A DNA stretch of 64,000 nucleotides, from assembly GCA_951406725.2 (NCBI GenBank), contig OX597824.1, forward strand, positions 87,544,001-87,608,000, written 5' to 3'. The stretch is from Octopus vulgaris (taxonomy: Eukaryota). A program made the position numbers and the translations under genes. Under the pieces are notes generated by a model. That model did no database searches and was not told the origin of the DNA. It saw only the letters and a program-made list of their open reading frames with translations. Positions 27,701 to 39,200 of this stretch are shown one piece after another (position 1 is the first letter of the stretch; the number at the start of each line of letters is the position of its first letter).

Positions 27701-30700
27701 CACTTCCGAATCAAAATTGTGCACAGTTCAGTGGTTAGTGTGTTGGGCTCCCCATCATGAGGTAGTGAGTTCAATTCCTGGACCAGGCTGTGTGTTGTGT
27801 TCTTGAGCAAGACACTTTATTTCACGTTGCTCCAGTTCACTCAGCTGTAGAAACGAGTTGTGACATCACTGGTGCCAAGTTGTATCGGCCCCTTTGCTTT
27901 TCCCTGGGATAACATCATTGGCATGGTGAGGGGAGGCTGGTATGCATGGACGACTGCTGGTCTTTCATAAAACAAACTTGCCCAGACTTGTCCCTCAGAG
28001 GGTAACTTTCTAGGTGCAATCTCACGGTCATTGATGACCAAAAGGGGGTCGTTACCCTGTCAAATCCATGAATTTTGGTAGGTTTTGTTATTATGTGACC
28101 CTTGAATCTAATGGTCTGAGGAATCGTTGATCATTTATCTTAAGTCTTTCTCTACAATTGGCAGAAACTTCTGTCCGTAGGCATCATTGGTTATAAGGCT
28201 TCAACTGACCACTCACTGGATCACTATGTAGTTTACATAGTTGAAGAAAATGAAGTACAAACTGCACTAGTAATGAGTAGGCTGGTTGGTGGTTTTAGTT
28301 TTCATATTTTTTGTCAAATACTGAAATATAAACAAACATTCAATATTCCTCAGTTTGTAATACTTTTTCAAGTTACATTTTACATAAATTATATTCAAAA
28401 ACTGAAATTGGAATTTTGTTGTATCTTGGGAGGGTCAGCACACCAATAATTAACAGGCACTGGTTCTGTTTTACTTTATTTTTTTTTTGTCAGTTGATTT
28501 ATTTAACAAATTAGCTAAATGATCGATTAATCAGTCCTTCTGTTGCCATTCACGATGCTACCAGTTGACAAATAGAAAATAAAGCAGTGAAATAGAACCA
28601 GTGCATGTGTTTATTGGCACAATGACCGTCCCAAAACACAACAAAATTGAAATTTTACTCCACTTTTTTAATTTTTCCTTTAGATCCCAATCAAATCAAC
28701 CACTGTCGAACAATTAGAACAGGCCATCAGGTTTTGTCAGCAACAGTTGTCATTCAACAAACTAAACCCAATAACATACCAACCCTCACTGGTAACTACT
28801 AATTTCATTTTCTCAATTTTATTTTCATCGAACAAACTTTTAACCCTTTTGGTACCAACCCACCCAAGACCACCCCTAGTTCTATGATACAGACTTTCTG
28901 CTGTAAGAGAATATAAATTAAAACCATCCATCAAAGTTTCATGTGAAATCCTGTTTCAAACACCAGTTTGATAATGACGTATTTTATTAAATTATTTATT
29001 TTCAAAATTAATTGAAATGAAAACCTTATATTTCGATAAAAATCTGGTAACAAAAGGACTAAAATGTATTACACTATTAGCTAGAGAAGAATTTTTTGTT
29101 TAATTATTCCTGTATAGGTTTTTAGTTTTCAACAGGGCAATTATTATATTATTTATATTTTCATTGTAGAAGTGTTAAGGAAAAAAGTAAATTTTTTTAG
29201 AGTTGATTGAGAATCTGTTTTTAAATTTAATATTGAATTAATAAATTAAATTTTAAATGAAAGATTGTAATCTTTGATTTAAAATTTAATTTGTAATATG
29301 GAGATTTTCATTCAATTTCCATTATTGTTCAGAGAATATAAATTCAAGATAAATTCATATTTGAGGAATTTTATGGTAATATAATTTTTTTTTTTATTTC
29401 TGCTTTGAGTCTATTTTATTGGATATATTTAAATTTATTATCAAACAAGTTAGCTATAGCTACACTCTATGTAAATTATTATTTTTCCCATGCATTAACA
29501 GGTGAGGGTTAATGATAGGAAGGGTGTCTTAGAAAATCTGCCTTAATAAATTCCATCTAACCCATGCAGGCATGGAAAGTAGAGGTTAAAATGATGATTT
29601 CTTATGGAAATTGATTATGTCTAAAATACTTGATACACTGTACATTGTAAAACACACTATTTAGAACTGTCTTCAGCTTCATTTGTCGCTACATGAAATG
29701 AGACTTCTTGCATAAAATGCAAAAGCATAGCAGGTCACCCTACGATCCAAGGTAAGCAAGGCCTGCCGTGTTTGAGGAGACCTGTTGAGTCAAGTACATC
29801 AACATCAAAATAAAAATCAAATGGAAATTGTAGTTGTGATACCTGTGCTGGTGGCATGTGAAAAGCACCATCTGAACGTGGCCGATGCTAGCATTGCCTT
29901 GACTGGCTTCTGTGCCGGTAGCACGTAAAAAGCACCAACCGATCGTGGTCGCTGCCAGCCTCCCCTGGCACCTGTGCCGGTGGCATGTAAAAAACACCCA
30001 CTACACTCACAGAGTGGTTGGCGTTAGGAAGGGCATCCAGCTGTAGAAACACTGCCATTTCAGATTGGAGCCTGGTGCAGCCTCCTGGCTTCCCAGACCC
30101 CGGTCGAACCATCCAACTCATGCTAGCATGGAAAACGGACGCTAAACGATGATGATGATAATGATGAAGACTTCAATTCTCAATTAGTGTCAAGAAAAAC
30201 TTTAGTCTTGAGTGATTTCTGGTTCTCAACAAAGATGACGACAGATGAAGTTCCTGCTTTCTATCAATAGAAAAGATCTGATTAACAGCCTGTATAGCTT
30301 AATTCTTAAGGTCCCTCAAAACTTGCCATTCAGTCTCTACTTGTTGTGCCCTCCTTTCATGTTTCTGGCTTAGTGCCAAATATGTAGGCACTGTTTCCAT
30401 TCCCATAATCCTTAGTTCTCAAATTCTATTTTACCCTTGTATCTTATTTTTCATCCCCAGCCTCGCCTGGCACCTGTGCAGGTGGCACGTAAAAAGCACC
30501 CACTACACTCACGGAGTGGTTGGCATTAGGAAGGGCATCCAGCTGTAGAAACATTGCCAGATAAGACTGGAGCCTGGTGCAGCCTTCTGGCTTCCCAGAT
30601 CCCCGGTCGAACCGTCCAACCCATGCTAGCATGGAGAACGGACGTTAAACGATGATGATGATGATCATCATCATCATCATCATCATTAAACATCCATCTT

Positions 30701-33700
30701 CCATGCTAGCATGGGTTGAACAGTTCAACACGACCTGACAAGTTGTAGGACTGCATTATGCTTTAAAGGCTGCTCTTGGCATGATTTCTGTAGCTGAATG
30801 TCCTTCCTAATGCCAGCCACTTTCTGAGTGTACTGTTTGCTTTTTTGCATGGCACCAGCATCAGTGGAGTCACAACTCTAGAGAGTCCCCTTAACTGAGG
30901 CAAAGTTTAGCCGTGTATTTATATGTGTGATATATTACACGGGTATGTTTATATACCCACAAGTACACATGCCCAGGAACCTGTTTTGAAAAATTGATTA
31001 TTGAAGATTTTAGGTATTTTTTTTTCTTTAGTACAACGTTTGTAATTTTATGAAATAAATATTTTGTGTTAAAATAATTTGAGCTTGGAAAATTGATGTT
31101 AATTTTTAGACTCAAAGCAGAATTAACGCTTAAAATTAAGGAAAAGAAAGTACACATTATACAAAGCCACAAATGGTTTTGACCTATTATTTCCTTAGTT
31201 AAAATTAATTTCTACTAATTAAACCGATTATATTTTAGGTAATTAAAATTTTCATGTGTTTCCGAAACCTTTTTATTACATTTTTAAAACAGTGTGCCAT
31301 AGTTGACTTTGCCTTTGAACCTTCTGAGGGTGATAAAAAAAATAAAGTACCAGTCATGTACTTGGGGTCGATATAATCGATTTATAATATCTCTTTAACC
31401 CTTGAACTGAGGTTTCGTGCCTGTTAGAAATCAATATTTCTGAAACAGCAGAACTGGCTTCTTGTATTGTTTCCTACTTTCTGTCTACAGATTCTGAATG
31501 ATTATCAACGGCAGCATAGCCATCACCATCAGATGGCCAGTGGTGGTGGTCAGATGGTGGCCGGCTCCTCTTCCTCCTCCTCATCGTCTGGACACTCTCC
31601 CGGCATACCGAACATTGGCCTAAACAAAATGGCAGTGAACAGCGGCAGTGGACTGAGCAGTGGTCACAGTAAGGCATGTGATGTGGTCATAGTGTCCGAG
31701 TATGGTACTATGCAGACCCACCATCGAAACCGTCAACTAGAGCCTGGGGAAATTTTGGGCTGCCATCATCCCACCACTGTCACTATGACTAATGATGACA
31801 AACTCTCGATTTCACCACCAGAGAAACTCACCTCTGATGTTCAGGTGCGTTCTGCATTTCATCCTTCCCCAACTACACCTTTCTCTTCTACTGTCCACAA
31901 CAGTAGCAGTAGTAGTAATAGATATATTTGCTAACGGGCTTTATTTTTTTTATTTTTTTTTTTTTTACTTTTTCGGGTTTTCTTTCTTTCTTTCTTTTTT
32001 TTTTTATCCTCTTGTAAGTTCTTTGCTTCCTTGCTGGTTCCACTTTGTAATTAGGGCATAATTTCACATTAAGTTATCCCTGCCCCCATCACCACACCTC
32101 CTCTCCCATCTATAGCATATGTCCGGACTTGAAGAAGAATAAGAATATCTTTTTAATTATCATTATTATTATTATTATTATTATTATCTAAAGCAGTGAG
32201 CTGGCAGAATCGTGAGCACATCGGACCAAATGCTTCTCGGCATTTCTTCTGGTTCTTTACATTCTGAGTTCAAATATCTCTGAGGTCAACTTTGTCTTTC
32301 ATATCTTCTCAGGGTTGATAAAATTAGTACCGGTTGAACGCTGGGGGGTTGATGTGATCAACTAGTCCTTCCCTCCCCAAAATTTCAGGCTTTCGCCAAC
32401 CATAGAAAAAAATTATTATTATTGTTATTATTATTATTATTATTACTTGGATCCAGATCTTCTTATGTTTGTCTATAGTGGTACACAGAATACCCTGTTT
32501 GTGCTCTGTCAGTAATTTTGATGGTTAGGGTGGGGAGCTGGGATAAAAAAAAAGTTTATTTCCTTTGTCCATAAAATGTGTTGATTACGATATTTTGAAA
32601 CTGTTTTCATTAATAATTTGAGAAATTCTTCTTGTTGTTGACATGCTTGTTCGTTATTAGGAAAAATTACAGACTAGTGAGTGTTTTCTCTTCAGAAAAA
32701 AAAATTTATATTTTAAAATGTATATTTTCAGAAGCTATGGTCCCTTCTAAAATATACCATCTCAAAGATGGTACTTAAAACAGCGCTTCTTCCAAACACT
32801 ATTGTATCTCTCTCTATCCCCCTCTCTTGCCACTTATCTCTCTCTCTTTCCCTCCACCTCTCCCTTTTTCTCCTCCACCTCTCCCTTTTTCCCTCCACCT
32901 CTCCCTTTTTCCCTCCAATTCTCTCTCTTTCCCTCCACCTCTCCCTTTTTCCCTCCAATTCTCTCTCTTTCCCTCCACTTCTCTCTTTCCCTCCACTTCT
33001 CTCTTTCCCTCCACTTCTCTCTCTTTACCTCCACTTCTCTCTCTTTACCTCCACTTCTCCCTCTTTCCCTCCACCTCTCCCTCTTTCTTTCCACCTCTCT
33101 TTTTTTCTTCTCCATTTCTCTTCCCTCCACCTCTCTCTCTCTTTCCCTCCACTTCTCTCTTTCCTTCCACCTCTCTTTTTCTCCTCCATTTCTCTCTCTC
33201 TTTCCCTCCACCTCTCTCTTTTCCCTCCACCTCTCTCTCTTTCCCTCCACCTCTCTCTCTCTTTCCCTCCACTTCTCTCTTTCCTTCCACCTCTCTTTTT
33301 CTCCTCCATTTCTCTCTCTCTTTCCCTCCACCTCTCTCTTTTCCCTCCACCTCTCTCTTTTCCCTCCACCTCTCTCTTTTCCCTCCACCTCTCTCTCTTT
33401 CCCTCCACCTCTCTCTCTTTCCCTCCACCTCTCTCTCTTTTCTCCTCCATTTCTCTCTCTCTCTTCCCTCCACCTCTCCCTCTTTCCCTCCGCCTCTCTC
33501 CCTTCTCAAATTTTATTTGTTGAAATTTTTTATAAACCAACACCCCCTTAAAACCCCACTCCATTTCCCCAACACTACACCTACTGTGATATGTATAGAA
33601 ATACATCTTATACAAATATACCAAGTATATTAAACTTCAACAATTGTTCAGTTCCTTTTCAAACTATTTCTGCAATCTTCCTGATGCATATTTGACATTT

Positions 33701-36198
33701 CTAGCATCACAGAAACAAAAACTTTATTTTTGGACAAATTTTCTAATTGTTTTAAACACAATTAAAAAAGAAAAAAAAGTTTAGATAATGTTAATTTGAC
33801 CTTTTCAACATTCATAATACTATTACACTACTTACGTTGCTGTATTCATTTCTTTATTATTATTTTTAATGCTAAAACGATGAATAGATAAAATTCAACA
33901 ACCTGAGGGATTTAGCGAGGACTTTATACCACCACACACACACACACGTCTTTAATGTTATCTAAACCCTTTGCTTGTCTTGCGTATCACAACACGTATT
34001 CCCCTGGCATCATGTGTGATACACATTCCCAGTTATTTTTCTTCAATCACCAGAATAACTCGGGGGCTTATGAAAGGAAAACTTTATATTACTCAGAATA
34101 TATGAATTAAGGGCCAATTAAAACTCTGAAAAACGAGCATGGACATTTAGAACAAGCTTATGAAAATGCTTTGGGCAAGCAAAGGGTTAAAACTGGTTTG
34201 AAGAGAAAATAAATAATTAAATTTGACAGCTAAAGAATTAAAATGTATCTAAATGATCATTCTCTACCAGATAAATTTATATTAGTTCTATAAATTTAGA
34301 ACTTTATTGATATTTCTGGCAGGTTTTAAAGACTTGAGATTTATTCATTGAAGTGAATAAAAAATTAAATTCGAAATTATAATTTTTCAGTCCAATAAAA
34401 CCTTTTCTGGAAATTATATTGAAGTGATTCAAGTTTATCCGAACAGATTGCTTAAATTTTTGTTTCTTTCTCTCAGCCAATGGTTTTTAAACCTTAACTG
34501 TGGCTATACTGGAACAGAACATTTTTATATTTTCATAACATACACATAAAATTCAGACCTTCCTTTCCTTGTTTCTGAGAAACTTTGGATCTGGTTTGCT
34601 TTCATTAATTTTAGTGATACTAGACTTAAAATTAGTAAGTTTCAGTGAATACTATACATTTTTCAATTTGATCCCTATAGTGGGGACTTTCACTGTTAAT
34701 TGTTCTAATAAACAACACTATGAAACAGGCCCCCTCTTTATGGCTTATAATACTTTCTCCCACCACATAGCTTTATGTTACATACTCTGTGCAATAATGA
34801 GAAAGAATACTTATATTGTGTTACCTATCGTTTATACCAAATTTGTTGATACTAAAACACGTTATAGATTATACAATTGTTTTTTGACTATATTAATCAG
34901 GCCTTTCCAACCCTTTTTTTTTTTCTCTCTCCTTATATATATATATAATTAGTGATTTTGTTTTCTCGTGAAATGTTTAAAATTTTATCTGAAAGAAAAA
35001 AAAGAAATATCTATTTTCTGTTAATTTGTAAATCTCAGATTGTTAAAATCAAATTTATGATTCAAAACCTATTGTTTCTCTCCTGTATGAATTGGATTTC
35101 TTCCATGGTTTGTTCTCCGCCCCTCCCCTTGTTTGCTCTGTTAATTTGCTGTCCGTTATATAACTTCAACAACTTTAGATTTCTTTCCCCACCAGCAGCG
35201 ATTCTCTCAACATTTTCTCATTGTTCTTGTTGTTGTCGTTAATGTTTCCGTTCCTGTTATCCTATTACCAAAGGTTCATAAACATGTATTTGATAATCAT
35301 CGTTCTTTTAGATTGTGTTCCTTTTTGAAACATGTTTGGTTGCGAATAAGCGTTTTCCTTACAACACCTTATAAAACTCTACTGTGATATTGTTAGCTTT
35401 AGGCTAAAAGTATTTTTCTGAGACTGTTTATGGTTTATTCCTTTGCAACTTAACATTCTAGCCAAAAGTGTTGTGCAATGTTCAGCTTTACTGTCAGGTT
35501 TCTATTATAATCTGTATACACTCTCTGATACATACACTCATACACACACATATATATATTTATGTAAGTGCATGTATATTATGTTTGTGTGTATGTATGT
35601 TTATATATATATATATACACATATATATTATATATATGAGGGTGAGTCAAAAAGTAATGCCATTTTGTTTAAGACAGGTATAATTACCGACACAGGAACA
35701 TGCATCGTACATCAACATGAAGCTGGTCCTCTGTGGATCACATCCCTACTTCTCAACATAGTCACCATTTCTCTCAATAGCAATGTTCCACCTTCAAATG
35801 AGAGCATGTATCCCTGCTCCGTAAAATTCTGTTGACTGTTCTTTGAGCCACTTTTTCACTACCTCCATACTCACCAGATTTGGTGCCTTCAGACTATCAT
35901 CTCTTCGGCACCACGAAAGAGGGTTTGAGAGGCAAACATTATTCCAGTGATGAGGAAGTGAAAACTGTAGTGAAGAAGTGGCTCAAAGAACAGCCAACAG
36001 AATTTTACAGGGCAGGGATACATGCCCTCATTCGAAGGTGGAACATTGCTATTGAGAGAAACAGTGACTATGTTGAGAAGTAGGGATGTAATCCACACAG
36101 GACCAGCTTCATTTTGATGTACGGTACATGTCCCTGTGTTGGTAATTATTCCTGTCCTAAACAAAATGGCATTACTTTTTGACTCACCCTCATATATA

Positions 36199-36235
<37 letters not shown>

Positions 36236-39200
36236 ATGTATATATATGTATATATACGCTCCCCCCTCACGACTGTCATTAAGTTTCATTTCTTAAGCAG
36301 TTTTGTTTAAAGTGCCTGAATGTTAACTACCTTTTGTCTTTCATGCTTTCAATGTAAGATGTACGGATTATTCTACACGTCTTTCTTTCTTTTTCTAAAA
36401 AAATAATAAAACCCTAAAACTAACTTCAGTTCACAAATGAAATCAGTTCTTAACAAAAAACCGTTACGAGTAAAATGCTTTTCATTTTGAATAATTAACA
36501 AAAAGCTGTGTTTGCTGGTTTTAGGTTTGATAAAACTAGTTTAGTTGTCAGTTGTGATTTTAACTTCATCTTTCTACATTTGGAGTTCAAACTCCACCAT
36601 CATAATAGCGGCGCACCGTTTCTTTCGTTGCTGATATTTGGATACCTATTTTTGTTAAGGAAGTTTCCCTAGAATCTGCTTAGTCCTAAAGCCCCTTCAT
36701 TTTCATGTTTCTCAAAAAAGAGAAAAATTTCATTAACAAAAAAATAAAATGAAATTTGATATTTTTTTATCTCTCGGTGAAATAAAATATATTTGCTGCA
36801 GCTTCTCTCTCGTATTTTTCATTCTTATCTATCTGTGTGTGTGTTTGTGTGTGTGTGCATACACTTGCACACTGCATGTATTCGCAGATGGGTGTCTGTC
36901 AGTGTATGGGTGCGTGGAAATATGTTTGTGTATTGCCATAACTCTCTTCATTTTACCTTTCTCTGTACATATTTGCAAATATTGTAGCGTCAAACCAACT
37001 GCAATCTTATATCTACTACTACTACTACTACTACTACCATCTCTAGTCTCCACTCTAATTCAACTTTGATTTTCAAAATTTTGTTGAAATTCTGAAAATC
37101 TCTGTTGATTCTGTGTATATTTATTCTTCCACCAAATGTTAAATATAGGGTTGATTTAGACAAACGTTTTAAGCTAATTTTTGCTCTTATCATTTTTAAT
37201 TATTTTTTTTTATTATTTCCGTTTTACTCTCTCTGTCTCTCTCTCTCTCTCTCTTTTTCTCTCTGTTTCTGCACTACCTGTAGACATTGCTTATTTCTCT
37301 GTGACCACTGCAAAACAAACTTCCACCCATTTACATCAGTTCAAATCTTGTCTAATGTATGTTTTATTGCTGTTGTCCACTCTGCACTTCTGTTTAACCC
37401 TTCAGCATTTAAACCGGCCATATTGGGCCTCTCACACCTACCCTACCATGTCACTTTAAAAATCAAACAAACACAGCATCAAAATCTCGAAGCTACGAGA
37501 TAATCCAAGATTAATTCAAAACAATGCGAATGAACAAGCATTACGTTTGACAGAGTTAATCCGAATGCTAAAAGGGTTAAACCATTCTCATCGTAAACAG
37601 CAGAGTGAAAGTGAAAGTAATTCATGCATTAGCTTGGTGGTAGCTAAAATGGGTTTAAACAATATTTGAAGGATTATAAATGGCTCAGTTCTCAATTGTT
37701 TGATGGCATTACAGAAAAATATGCAATGACCACCGGCCGTGCTGATTATATTTTTTATTTCCTTGTTTTTATAGACTTCATAATTTTAAATATTATCCTC
37801 TACTGATACAACTTGTTATAGTATGTTTTCATGAATCTCTTCCCTGTTCTTTGACTGTAATTCCATTCCAATAAATATTTTGAAAACCAGTCATACTGAC
37901 ATCTTTCCTTCTCTATGGTTTTCATTGATAAAAGATTTTTTTTTTCGTTTTTTCTTAAACAAATTTGTTGAATTTCTTTTTTTAACTTTAGACATACATA
38001 GTTTGTTTTTATTTATATTTCATTTTTTTTTTTTTTTACTTTATAATCAACATTCATGCAAATATAAAATTATTTCATAAATCTAACTAAAGTGTGAAAA
38101 GTATTCTCTCCCCCTCCCCTCAAATCATAAATTAATTAAGTTAGCAGTTTTACAATTAAACAAAGAATAACCATCATAAGGTCTATATTATAAAGTATCA
38201 TTTTAGGCTCATATTATAAACAGCTTAAATCAGGCATCTGAATTAATTAGTTTTGTCTTGAATATGTTTTCTTTAGCTATGCTTACGGCTTATGTCTGTG
38301 TGAACCCACTTCACTAGCTCTCCTGCAAAATCAACCCCTAACAAAAATTTGTTAATTTTACAGGATTAAATCAACATGTAAGATAGAGGAAATGTTTGAG
38401 ATATTAAGGAGTGATGAATTAGTGAATCTAGAGTATTTGGGATGGTTACTGATCAAGACTTTTTTGAAATAGGATCTTTCTGGGAATAAAAGAGTCTGCA
38501 AGGAATGATATGTAGTGGGAATGTGTTAGAGATCAGCCCAGCTTGCACATTAATCAGCTGTGAGGAGACATCTCTCTGTATAGAAGTGGATGTCTATAGC
38601 AAGTTCTACCCATAGAAAAGATTTGATCTCTCAGCACCTCAGGCTCATAAAATACTTGCTACCTACAGTATACAAACATATATCTGTGTAGAAATCAGAA
38701 TACTGAAGCAAGCATGGAAAACTAGAAATATAAGTACATGTATGTGTGTACATTTGGGTAGACTAGCTGGTTGTTCTCTGTGCAACACTTAATGAAGTTG
38801 AACAAGCAACTGTCTTTAACATATATATATATATAACAAAATAGCTTACCTAAGGATGGCACAGTGCATCTTGGAAGATAAGTCTATAAACATGCATACA
38901 CCTTTTATATATATATATGTGTGTGTATGTTTGAATGTATAAACCTTTTGATATATGTATATCTCTTCTTTTTTTCCTTCTCTTTCTCCATCTTGGAATA
39001 TTTTTCTCTCTCCTTTTCTACACACACACACACACACACACATAGTTCTTTATAATTCTTTTCTCATTTTTTTTTTGCTCTTACAATTGTCATTTCTTCT
39101 GTTGTGCTTTTAGCATCATCTCATTCCTTAATTCTTTGTTAATTAGATTTTTAATTTGTTATTTTATTAAAAATTAAAATTAACTTATTTAGGAATATGT

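Noticed and set aside
32728-33633. Long Leu/Ser/Pro and Arg/Glu/Gly ORFs
   Set aside because: Artefact of the polypyrimidine tract.
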